This document shows, piece by piece, positions 1-9,475 of a DNA stretch of 64,000 nucleotides. Within the stretch, counting starts at the first letter, position 1. The number at the start of each line of letters is the position of its first letter. The notes under the pieces were generated by a model. It was not told the origin of the DNA, made no database searches, and worked only from the letters and a program-made list of their open reading frames with translations. Source of the stretch: Candidatus Poribacteria bacterium (lineage in GTDB: Bacteria; Poribacteria; WGA-4E; PCPOR2b); assembly GCA_965208325.1 (NCBI GenBank), contig OZ242326.1, positions 4,064,001 through 4,128,000 on the forward strand, written 5' to 3'. The position numbers and the translations under genes were made by a program.

Positions 1-2454
1 TGTAACAGAGACCAACCGGAGCATGATACGCATGGTTGTGCCTTTGCCAATCCCTTCACTCAACGCGTGGATTTGGCCGCCGCAGCCAATGACGAAATTC
101 GCTGTTGAATGCAAACCCAGTCCGCTTCCGGAATTTTTGGTGGTGTAACCGGCGGCGAAGACTTTCTTGTAGTTTTCCGGTTCTAGCCCGATTCCGTTGT
201 CCGTTACGTCAATGAAAAGAAAGTCGTCCTTAACATACCCGTTAATCTCTATGCTAGGGGTTTCATTCTGTCCACCGGTTTGCGTGAGTTCGTCAATGGC
301 TTCAATGGAATTCTTGATTAAGTTGACTATCATTTGATGGAATTGGTTCTCCTGGATTCGTACCTCCATGGGCGCATTTGAACAGTCAATCTTAATCTGA
401 ATTCCTCTTTGGTCAATTGAATCTTGGAGCAGTTTGGCAGCATCCGCCAGCGCCTTCTGAAGAATGACATCCTTGCGAACTACACTTACATTGCTATACG
501 ATTTCTGCGTCCGGATAATTTCGGCGATGTGCGTTGACCTGCCATTGACGCGCTCCACAGTGCGAATCAACTTCTCATTCTGATTGGAGAAATCTTCGGC
601 GAGCCCAAGCACAAACGGTAGCACCTTTTGTCCCTGCGGATCGTTTTTGATGTAGTCAATCCAGTCCATTTCATGCATCTTAATAGCATTCGCCAAGGCA
701 GTAAAGCGTTGGATTAGCTTATCTTCAACTAGCTCATCATACAGGGTACCTATGCCTACCATAACGCTGTTTATTGCATTCCCTATATTGTGGAGGATAG
801 TATCAACAATCTCCAACCGCCCTTGGGCAAATGCTTGTGCCAAGGCTTCCTCTTCAAGCATTCGTTGGGTGACATCGCGAAAAACGACGACACCGCCGTT
901 TTCAATACCCCATTGATTGCGGATAGGCCTCCCGCTTGCGCTAATAAAGACACCCTCCGGAAAAATCTCACTGTTGGAAACAAACATATTGACTTCGTCG
1001 ATTTCCTCGCCTTGGATGGCAAGTCTAAGCGGTAGTTGATCTAGTGGATACAGCGTGACTCGGTCGGGAAAATAGAAATCATGCCCGGCAATCAACGCAT
1101 CAAGCGTCCACATCTCGGGCGGCTGATCCCAAAATTTGCGCCTAAGAATTCGATCGGCGCCAGGATTAAAGATTTTTATCTCAGAGTTTTCATTGCCGAC
1201 TATAACGCCGTCACTGATGCTTTCAAAGATGGACTCCATGAACTGCGCCTGGCTGGTTAGCCTGTCGATTGTCTGTTCTAACTTAATCTCTGTCTCCTTG
1301 AGTTTCGTGACATCTCGGAAGATGATAACGCCGCCGCGCACGCCGCCTTCCTTTTCAAGCAACGGTCTTCCACTGACGTTGATAAAAACTCCATCCGGCT
1401 TCATCGCGTTTCTTTGAAATAGATCGATGCTATCGGTCTCCTTGCCTTGCATCGCGTGTACAAGCGGAAGTTCGTGTGCTGGGTAAGGCGTCGATCTGTC
1501 CGGATAAAAGGTGCCGTACGTTTCCGACCATTCGCTGGGTTGGGTGTCGGTTTCTCCCATGCCGACAATCCTTTCGGCGCTCGGATTAACAAGCAGGAAA
1601 TTGCCCGCTTCGTCGGTAGCGACAACGCCGTCACTCATACTATCAAATACGGTTTCCATCAGTTGGGTTTGTTTTTGAAGTTCATCAATTGTCAGTTCCA
1701 GATTGCGCTCGGCAGTTTTGAGTTTTGAAATGTCGTGGAAAACCATCACGGCGCCGTAGTTATTTTCATACGCGTCAACAATAGGCGCTACCGTAAAGTC
1801 GACGTGAGTTTCCTTGCCGTCTGCATGCATGAGTGTCGTAACGAAGTTTGTGTAGTTGTCTACGCTGCCTTCCGCGGGGGAAGCTAAGTCAGCTTTGGTT
1901 TTGAATACTTGCGCCAGCGGCCTGCCCTTCGCTTTCTCTTGGCTCCACCCTGTCAAACGCTCGGCGACTGAATTCATATAGCTAACTAACCCTTTTTTGT
2001 CGGTGGCGATCACACCTTCGCCGATACTGTTCAAAATGGTCGCGCGCCGGCGTTCTTTTTCAACCAATCTCTTATCTTCCTCATACCAGAATAGATGGTT
2101 CTCAATGCTGAGAATCAATTGGTTGGTGTCATAAGGTTTGAAAACATGCCCAAATGCTCTGGTTTCCTTGACGCGCCGAAGCAACGCCGCGTTAACGTAG
2201 CCGGTAAGAAAAATGATTGGAATGTCCAAGCGCTCATTTACGTTCTTGGCAATATCAATGCCATTCATGCTTTCTTGAGGTCCCACATCAATTAAGGCTA
2301 AATCGGGCGCAATATCCATCGCAGTTTCAACAACTTGTGAGTCGGCTGGAATTGCGGCGCAGATATCATATCCTACACCAGTAAGCCGTTCCGCGATATC
2401 GTCGGCGATGCGGGGATTATCCCCGACAATAAGAATCTTCGTTTGCTCGGGCAC
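1..2454 (-). CDS. Hybrid sensor histidine kinase (receiver + 3 PAS + HisKA + HATPase); runs off the left edge near its C-terminus
   Basis: Not in the ORF track because there is no stop in the window. Manual translation from GTG at 2454 (AAGGAG upstream) gives MPEQTKILIVGDNPRIADDIAERL..PDLALIDVDL; PAS starts ILNSIGEGVIATD, VFDSMSDGVVATD, IFESISDGVIVGN; H-box IVDTILHNIGNAINSV; ends ALSEGIGKGTTMRIMLRLVSVT. Paralog of 2611-6369. Confidence 0.9.
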   Translation of the reverse strand, partial: MPEQTKILIVGDNPRIADDIAERLTGVGYDICAAIPADSQVVETAMDIAPDLALIDVGPQESMNGIDIAKNVNERLDIPIIFLTGYVNAALLRRVKETRAFGHVFKPYDTNQLILSIENHLFWYEEDKRLVEKERRRATILNSIGEGVIATDKKGLVSYMNSVAERLTGWSQEKAKGRPLAQVFKTKADLASPAEGSVDNYTNFVTTLMHADGKETHVDFTVAPIVDAYENNYGAVMVFHDISKLKTAERNLELTIDELQKQTQLMETVFDSMSDGVVATDEAGNFLLVNPSAERIVGMGETDTQPSEWSETYGTFYPDRSTPYPAHELPLVHAMQGKETDSIDLFQRNAMKPDGVFINVSGRPLLEKEGGVRGGVIIFRDVTKLKETEIKLEQTIDRLTSQAQFMESIFESISDGVIVGNENSEIKIFNPGADRILRRKFWDQPPEMWTLDALIAGHDFYFPDRVTLYPLDQLPLRLAIQGEEIDEVNMFVSNSEIFPEGVFISASGRPIRNQWGIENGGVVVFRDVTQRMLEEEALAQAFAQGRLEIVDTILHNIGNAINSVMVGIGTLYDELVEDKLIQRFTALANAIKMHEMDWIDYIKNDPQGQKVLPFVLGLAEDFSNQNEKLIRTVERVNGRSTHIAEIIRTQKSYSNVSVVRKDVILQKALADAAKLLQDSIDQRGIQIKIDCSNAPMEVRIQENQFHQMIVNLIKNSIEAIDELTQTGGQNETPSIEINGYVKDDFLFIDVTDNGIGLEPENYKKVFAAGYTTKNSGSGLGLHSTANFVIGCGGQIHALSEGIGKGTTMRIMLRLVSVT

Positions 2455-2610
2455 AGTGGTTTCTCCTTAATTGTCGGTAGATGCAATAGATCTACCTTGA
2501 ATCCAAGCCGCAAGTGAACCATTCGCTTTCGGGTTCACCCAGGCAATTTACGCCCATCATTGCACGCCAATTATGTGGATCGCTCCACAATGCCGCTAAA
2601 ATTGTCGCAA

Positions 2611-5600
2611 CTACGGGATGATAGAATCGAGCCGAAGCATAACCCGCATTGTTGTGCCCTTACCGATTCCCTCACTCAACGGGTAGATTTTCCCGCCGGA
2701 GCCAACAACAAAGTTCGCGGTCGAGTGAAGCCCTAATCCGCTTCCTGACGCCTTAGTCGTGTAACCTGCCGCAAATATCGTTTTAAATTTGGTATTTTCA
2801 ATGCCGACGCCGTTATCAGTCACGTCAATGCAGAGATGGTTTTCCTTTAAGTAGGCTTTTACTTCAATGCGAGGCGGCTGTGCGATGCCGCCGGAATTTC
2901 CAAGTTCATCAATTGCTTCAACAGAATTCTTGATTAGATTGACTATCATCTGATGAAATTGGCTTTCTTGAATTCGAATTTCTTGAGGCGCCTTCTGGCA
3001 GTCTATATCGAGCTGAATCCCTCTTTTGTCTAATGAGTCTTGTAGTAACTTAACTCCATCATTGATGATTTTCTTTAAGTCAACATCCTTTCGGACGGCG
3101 CTAGTGTCGCTAAACGATTTTTGCGTACGCACAATATCGACAATGTGTGTTGCCCTGTTGTTAACCCGTTCAACCGTATTTATCAGGTCTTCATTCTGTT
3201 TTGTAAAATCTTCGGCGAGCGCTAACACAAAGGGCAACACCTTCTGTCCTTGTGGATTATGTTTGATGTAATCAATCCAATCATCCTGATTCGCCCTAAT
3301 AGCGTCCGCAAGGGCGTTGAATCGGTGTATCAACCGATTCTCGGTTAAACGGCTATTTAGCGTACCAATACCTGTCACGACACTGTTGATGGCGTTACCG
3401 ATATTGTGGAGAATAGTATCCACAATTTCCAGACGACCTTGCGAAAAGGCTTGCGCCAACGCTTCCTCGGCGAAGATTTTATCCGAAACATCGCGGAAGA
3501 CGACCACGCCTCCTTTTCGATTTCCGTTTCGGTCGCGCAGAGGCCTGCCGCTGACACTGATATATAACCCGTCCGGCAATTTAGGGTTGCGCACGAACAT
3601 CTCAATGCTGTCAGTTCCCTCACCGCGTATTGCTTTAACGAGCGGGAGTTCTTCAGGTGGAAACGGTGTTTCTCTGTCGGGAAAGAAAAGTCCGTATTGG
3701 TCCGACCATTCATCGGGTTCCGTATCGGTTGCGCCTTGCCCGACTATTCGTTCCGCGCTTGGGTTGAATATGGTGAAATGGCCATTTTCATCGGCGACGA
3801 CGACACCATCGCTGATACTATCAAATATGGACTGCATGAGTTGGCGTTGGTGTTCAAGTTGATTAATTGAGTCTTTGAGTTGCTGTTCTGTTCTCTTGAT
3901 TCTTGTGATATCGCGGGCAATCGCAACCCCGCCTTCAATTTCCCCCGACTCGTTAAGCAATGGATTTGCGCTGATACTGACATGCACCCCATCTGGCAAC
4001 ATCTGGTTTCGCACAACCATTTCAACCTCAGTTACTTCCTCTCCCCGCAGTGCGCGGGCGATCGGAAGCTCGTCAAAAGGAAAGATGGTTTTGTTATCGG
4101 GAAGGAACAATCCGTATTTCTCGGGCGCTCGGGTAAGATTTTCCAATTTGCGCCCGACCATTCCTTCAACAGTACGGTTAAACATTACGTATTGCCCTTT
4201 ATCATTAGCCACGATGAGGCCATCACCAATACTGTTGAAAATAGTATTCAACAAGAGGGTTTGACTTTGCAGTTCCTCAACTGTTTTCGCTAGGCGATTT
4301 TCTACCGACTTCAACTTGGTGATATTTCGCAACACACTTACGCCTCCACGCAAGGCACCGTTTTCATCAAACAGCGGGCGGCCAGTGACTCGTATATGAG
4401 CTCCATCGGGCCGCTCCGAGTTCCGCAAGAAAAGATCTACATCGGTTGAGTCTTTCCCTTGCATTGCGAGAACGAGGGGCAGTTCATTTGATGGATACGG
4501 TGTCACCGTATCCGGATAGAAAACGCCGTACAGTTCACTCCACTTTTCGGGTGTTGCCGCAATAGCGCCCAAACCCGTGATTTGCTCTGCCATCGGATTA
4601 ACAAATAGGAATTTACCCATCTTGTCGGTTACAATGATTCCTTCGCTGAGGCTGTTGAATACTGTGTCCATGAGTTGCGCCTGCTCCTGATACTTCTGCA
4701 TCATTTGTTGTAATTCAGTCATCGCCATTTTGTCCGATGTAATGTCGCGTATGACTGCGATGGCGCCCGTAACTTCGGTGCTGTCATTACCATGAAGCGG
4801 GTAAGCCTTTGCGCGGAGGTAAGTTTTGCCCCGCTTTTTATCATTCTGCAGAAAGAACTCCATCTCCTCAGATTCTTCGCCGTTAAGGGCACGGACGAGA
4901 AGGTTTTCATGCGTGGGAACTTCGGTCTCTTCGTCTATATGAAACAATCCGTACTTTTGAGCCCACTCTTCGGGCGGTGCGTCTTCCACTTTCACGCCGC
5001 TCATTCGCTGCAAACTGGGATTGGCAAGTAAGATTCTGGCAGAGGAATCCATCACCACTACACCATCGCTGATACTATCAAAGGCAGTTTCCATGAGTCG
5101 AGTCTGCTGTTTGAGTTCCTGAATGGTAAATTCCAATCTAGCTTCAGTTGCTTTGAGTTGTGTTATGTCGCTGAAAACTGCGACGCCGCCGCTTAAATTT
5201 CCCCGTTCGTCAAAAAGGGGCCTACCGTTGACGTTAAGAACATAGGTCTTGTTTTCACGCCGCACTTGCATCAGGGCGTTGTCTGTCGACTCGCCGCGTA
5301 ACGCACGCACCAGCGGCAATTCATCCGCGGTATACATAGTTTCCCCATCAAGATGATACACCTGATATATCTCTGACCATTCATTTAACTCGGCGAGTAC
5401 AGGAAAAGAACCTGTGACTTGCTCCGTCGGAGCATTATAGAGCAAATTATTGCCGTCAAAATCCATTGCTATCACGCCGTCCGCTATTGTGCTAACGATG
5501 GTTTCCATGATTTTGGTCTGATTTTCGAGTTTGCTGATTGTTTCCCTCAATTCGTTTTCGATGTCCTTGAGTTGTGTGACATCGTGCGTAACTACCACGC

Positions 5601-6369
5601 CTCCTTTCAATTCTCCGTTAATGTCGTAAAGGGGCCGCCCGCTGACATTGATACGAACCCCTTCCGGCCGCTTTTCATTGCGCACGTACATCTCGATATT
5701 GTCCGTCATCTCACCGCGAATGGCACGTACTAGCGGCAATTCCTCCTCCTTAAAGAGAGTTTCACCATCAGCGTGGAAGAGACCGTAAGTTTCACTTCTC
5801 TCGGCAAAGGGAATGCTTGGCATGCCAGGGCCGTTCAACTCTTCAGCGGTCGGATTAAACATGAAGTAATCCCCATTTACATTCGACGCGATAACTCCGT
5901 CGCTGATATTATCAAAAATTACCTTCATGAATCCGACGCGTTCTTCCAACCGCTGAATTGTCGATTTTAGCTCCGTCTCTTTCTCGGCAAGTTGTTGAAG
6001 TTTCCGATGACGACGCAAGCTTTTTTCGATGCTCAAACGCAACTGGTTTGTATCATGGGGCTGGAAGACGCACTCAAACTGAAATGCGTCGGATAACTGC
6101 TCAATCAATTCTTCGGTCAATTCCCCAATTAGCCATACGACTGGGATTTTAAACCGACTATTTATCTTCTTTATGAGCTGAATGTCAGGTTTTTGTAGTT
6201 CCACGTTGATTATGGCTATGTCGGGAGAGATTTCTTCCACCTTTCCTTCGGCTTGTGCATCGGAGGCAACCGAGGCACATACCGAATATCCAGCTTTTTT
6301 GAGTCGTCCCGCTAAGTCTTGAGCAACGAAGGGGATGTGTTCAACAATCAGGACTTTTGCGCTTGCCAT
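2611..6369 (-). CDS. Hybrid sensor histidine kinase (degenerate receiver + 6 PAS + HisKA + HATPase)
   Basis: Six F(D/N)S(I/L)xDG(V/I)IV..ELPLxRA(L/I)RGE-type repeats; LHNIGNAINS; NLIKNS, DVTDNGVGI, GSGLGL boxes; AGGAG RBS. Confidence 0.93.
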   Translation of the reverse strand: MASAKVLIVEHIPFVAQDLAGRLKKAGYSVCASVASDAQAEGKVEEISPDIAIINVELQKPDIQLIKKINSRFKIPVVWLIGELTEELIEQLSDAFQFECVFQPHDTNQLRLSIEKSLRRHRKLQQLAEKETELKSTIQRLEERVGFMKVIFDNISDGVIASNVNGDYFMFNPTAEELNGPGMPSIPFAERSETYGLFHADGETLFKEEELPLVRAIRGEMTDNIEMYVRNEKRPEGVRINVSGRPLYDINGELKGGVVVTHDVTQLKDIENELRETISKLENQTKIMETIVSTIADGVIAMDFDGNNLLYNAPTEQVTGSFPVLAELNEWSEIYQVYHLDGETMYTADELPLVRALRGESTDNALMQVRRENKTYVLNVNGRPLFDERGNLSGGVAVFSDITQLKATEARLEFTIQELKQQTRLMETAFDSISDGVVVMDSSARILLANPSLQRMSGVKVEDAPPEEWAQKYGLFHIDEETEVPTHENLLVRALNGEESEEMEFFLQNDKKRGKTYLRAKAYPLHGNDSTEVTGAIAVIRDITSDKMAMTELQQMMQKYQEQAQLMDTVFNSLSEGIIVTDKMGKFLFVNPMAEQITGLGAIAATPEKWSELYGVFYPDTVTPYPSNELPLVLAMQGKDSTDVDLFLRNSERPDGAHIRVTGRPLFDENGALRGGVSVLRNITKLKSVENRLAKTVEELQSQTLLLNTIFNSIGDGLIVANDKGQYVMFNRTVEGMVGRKLENLTRAPEKYGLFLPDNKTIFPFDELPIARALRGEEVTEVEMVVRNQMLPDGVHVSISANPLLNESGEIEGGVAIARDITRIKRTEQQLKDSINQLEHQRQLMQSIFDSISDGVVVADENGHFTIFNPSAERIVGQGATDTEPDEWSDQYGLFFPDRETPFPPEELPLVKAIRGEGTDSIEMFVRNPKLPDGLYISVSGRPLRDRNGNRKGGVVVFRDVSDKIFAEEALAQAFSQGRLEIVDTILHNIGNAINSVVTGIGTLNSRLTENRLIHRFNALADAIRANQDDWIDYIKHNPQGQKVLPFVLALAEDFTKQNEDLINTVERVNNRATHIVDIVRTQKSFSDTSAVRKDVDLKKIINDGVKLLQDSLDKRGIQLDIDCQKAPQEIRIQESQFHQMIVNLIKNSVEAIDELGNSGGIAQPPRIEVKAYLKENHLCIDVTDNGVGIENTKFKTIFAAGYTTKASGSGLGLHSTANFVVGSGGKIYPLSEGIGKGTTMRVMLRLDSIIP

Positions 6370-6580
6370 TTAATTCTCCTGTAACGGTTTAGTTCAAGGA
6401 ATTGGTCTATCTAGCTGCGGGGCTGTCGAGTTTGGCCCATGAAGGCGGCGAAATGGAAGTGATTTTGTGCTTCTACGTTAATGTATAAATCAAGCCGCAT
6501 AACCATGACCGCCCGGCTTGCGGATGGAAACGGAAAGCTATCATCCGAACATCTGCAGCCAAGTTCAATACTCAATATAC

Positions 6581-6595
6581 GCAATTTATATGCCA
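6581..6595 (-). promoter_or_regulatory. Sigma-54 (-24/-12) promoter upstream of the PAS kinase pair
   Basis: Minus strand TGGCATATAAATTGC (GG-N10-GC), about 210 bp before the 6369 start; identical 15-mer at 39338-39352. Confidence 0.7.
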
Positions 6596-6805
6596 GTCCG
6601 AGCGGATTAGGCCTAATTTCATTCAACCAAATTCAGACAGATTGAGATAATCTAGACTCATGCCTACAAGAGAATTTTTCACACCACTGAGTGAAAAGGC
6701 TAATTCGGCGATTCTGGAAGGTGTTAACAATCTTGGTAGGCGCAATGGCTTTCTTCAAGAATGTCAGCCATCTGCCTTTGATTGCTATGTCGTTGGGTCA
6801 TACAT

Positions 6806-9475
6806 CTAGCCCGAATTGGGGCATAGCTCCATAATAGACATATGCTTTTTGGCGGGATCAAACCGCTCTAGGCTGGTAAAAGTTGTCACGGCGTTCGGGT
6901 AAAGTCTCTCTGCCATTGCCCGAAGTAGACGAGCATTTATCCAATCCACGGCAGACCCCTCATACTTGGCTGGCCCCTTGAATCCGCTTCGATAAAGCGG
7001 ACGCCCAGTTTTTTTGGACTGGCGCGGTGGAACATGGTGATAGTCCGAAATCTCTGTTACTAGTAGGTCGATAATCTCCAGTACGCCTTGTGGGTGAAGC
7101 AGTTCAAGCATCTGTAATGCACCCTCAATCGCGCGATTGGAAAGGTGTATCCATACATTATGCGGGTACTCAGCCAAAATTTCGTGCAGAACATTCCCTT
7201 GATCGGGAATTTCCGGTGTTTCAATGAAGCGAAGGTCGGCCAAAGCAGGGATGGCAACGTAGCGTTCCTCTAACTTGAAACCATTCCAGAGGTCCAACCA
7301 GAAATGATAGAATTGACGGCCGCCTTCCTCCGCACCAAGCTTATTCCTAAAATCCGACTGATAGTGAGTCAGAAACTCCTTCACTTCCGCATCAGGCGTT
7401 GAAAGTTGCCGGAGATCCGCTTCCAAACTTTGGCTATTGAGATTATACTTTTCCGCTAATTTCTTTAATATTTCTGCCGGCAGATAGAGGCGAGCATGAA
7501 TGAGATAGTGATGTCCGTCTATCTGTGCGACTTTATCCGTCGGAACGTTATCTGTGACGTTTGTCGAATGTATTCGCACAATGCGGCCCGCGAAGGGACT
7601 CAGTGCCTGCAAGGGAGCTTCAGCGTGTAGGGGCAGATACGTGAGTGGTATCTCGTTTCGCGCCGTTCCTAATTCGGCCTGTGCTTCTGACAGCACGGAA
7701 TCTGAAAAATCAGCCATAAGGTACGTCATCTGTTTCAACAGACTCTCAATTCCTTTCGAACGGGCGAGTTCAACCAACATGTCAATGAAGATGCGGGCGC
7801 GTTCGACGCTTGCAATACCAATCTCGACGTAGACGTACTCATCACCGGTATCGCCGATTGCTTGAAGTTGATTCAAGAATTTCTCAGCGGTGTAACGAGT
7901 CAACGCTTCATTCATATCCGGCGACCCGTGCACGGCGTCTCGATAGTCCCGATTATGCGCCGCCATGAAGGGAGTTTTATGCTGCCAGAACGCGTCATTG
8001 AATTTCCAGACGTGACTCTTAGTATAGGGAACATAATCGCCAATCACGACACCGTTGGCGCACTCCGTCTCTCCGCGTACGACCTGTTCCAACATCCTTG
8101 GAATTGACGTTGCTAATTCTTGTGTCGACGCGTGCTGCCGCAGATCGACCGCCAGTTCCCAATCTTTTGAGACGGAACTCTCCTCCGCCCCGTTCTTCAC
8201 AAAGGGTCGAAATGCGATGGGAGCTCGGAAATGGTGCTTATAAGCAATACGGTTCCAGTAAGTTCTAAAACGGGCGGGCCGCCATTTGGGCGGCAATTCG
8301 CCTAACGAATTTTTCAAGGCTTCCAAAGCATTGCGAAATTCCTCGACGTACCCTAGGTCAACGAGCCCAGGTTCGTGAACGACCGTAACACCCAGGTCTT
8401 GCAAACGGGGAATGAGTTGTTCAAGGTCTTCGCGAGCCCGATCCGCTGGCGCCAATTTCGCTGCCGCAAGAATCTTTTCAATGTCGCGGGAAGCCTGAAT
8501 TGGCATGAGATGTATCCCCGCGACGCCGGGAAGTTGACAAATTTTCTTTATGAGTTCGACAGTCCAATTCGAACGGAATGCGCGGAAAGCTTCTTTGCCG
8601 GCGGCTTCCGCTTCCTTGAATTGTTCGAGGAGTGCATGCGCCTCCGGATTTCGTTGGCTAATGCCGACCAGCAAGAACCAAAAGCGAAGCGCCTTTACAG
8701 AGGCGATTACTGGCAGTCCCACGACGATTGGAATCCGTTGCGCTAAACCGCGTTCAAAAACTAGATGCTGCCATTTTGAAAAAACGTCCCAGAGCAGGGG
8801 CGGCTGAGTTAGTATCGCTTCGGCGCCAGCGTCTAGTTTCTGCTGTAAGCGATCCACGCGCGCGATCACGGATTTGCCTGCAAAAGGGTTTTCCACCGCC
8901 CAAATCGACACATCGGACGGTAGTGTGCCGGCGCTGCGCATACCGTTGAGGAGCGAGAGTATCCTGAACGAGTTCATTGGTAGTAACCGAGACGCGCCGG
9001 GGATTTTTCGTATTGGGTGACCGCCCGACACGACTAGAACGCCCTTTGCTCCGTTACCGATTGCGCGGTTAACTCGATCTATCACTGTTTTACGCGTTCG
9101 GGCATTGGCAGCAATCGTGAAGATAGGTTCCGGCGTGTCTCCCAGCACTTCCAGATTATCCATTTTCCCAGTAAAGCGGGGAAAATCCACGACGGTAACC
9201 GCGTCGACCCATCCCTTCCGCACTAGGCGCTGATATCGCTTGAACTGCTTTTGGAAGTTTGGGTCCTCGAATTCTCTCGGCGTTTGAAGTTCCACCGTAA
9301 TTACGAACTGTCCTTCTTTGAAGCGGCGTGCTGCTGGAAGCGCCGTAACGTCAAGCGTCTCCGTTGAACAATTTTCACCATCGGCAGAGGGTGAATTCAT
9401 GTCAGTCTGCACAGATTGTTCTTCCTTATATTCCAAATAATCTAGTGAACTTGGCGTCACGCGCAATTCACTCAA
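6806..9475 (-). CDS. Methylenetetrahydrofolate reductase (MetF)-like domain fused to a class I SAM-methyltransferase-like domain
   Basis: N-half ITVELQTP, VDAVTVVD, QKLDAGAEAILTQP, IPIVVGLP, GVAGIHLMP match MetF-family motifs; C-half YVEIGIAS, YLMADFS, HSTNVTDNVPTD resemble a Rossmann MTase. Confidence 0.7.
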   Translation of the reverse strand: MSELRVTPSSLDYLEYKEEQSVQTDMNSPSADGENCSTETLDVTALPAARRFKEGQFVITVELQTPREFEDPNFQKQFKRYQRLVRKGWVDAVTVVDFPRFTGKMDNLEVLGDTPEPIFTIAANARTRKTVIDRVNRAIGNGAKGVLVVSGGHPIRKIPGASRLLPMNSFRILSLLNGMRSAGTLPSDVSIWAVENPFAGKSVIARVDRLQQKLDAGAEAILTQPPLLWDVFSKWQHLVFERGLAQRIPIVVGLPVIASVKALRFWFLLVGISQRNPEAHALLEQFKEAEAAGKEAFRAFRSNWTVELIKKICQLPGVAGIHLMPIQASRDIEKILAAAKLAPADRAREDLEQLIPRLQDLGVTVVHEPGLVDLGYVEEFRNALEALKNSLGELPPKWRPARFRTYWNRIAYKHHFRAPIAFRPFVKNGAEESSVSKDWELAVDLRQHASTQELATSIPRMLEQVVRGETECANGVVIGDYVPYTKSHVWKFNDAFWQHKTPFMAAHNRDYRDAVHGSPDMNEALTRYTAEKFLNQLQAIGDTGDEYVYVEIGIASVERARIFIDMLVELARSKGIESLLKQMTYLMADFSDSVLSEAQAELGTARNEIPLTYLPLHAEAPLQALSPFAGRIVRIHSTNVTDNVPTDKVAQIDGHHYLIHARLYLPAEILKKLAEKYNLNSQSLEADLRQLSTPDAEVKEFLTHYQSDFRNKLGAEEGGRQFYHFWLDLWNGFKLEERYVAIPALADLRFIETPEIPDQGNVLHEILAEYPHNVWIHLSNRAIEGALQMLELLHPQGVLEIIDLLVTEISDYHHVPPRQSKKTGRPLYRSGFKGPAKYEGSAVDWINARLLRAMAERLYPNAVTTFTSLERFDPAKKHMSIMELCPNSG

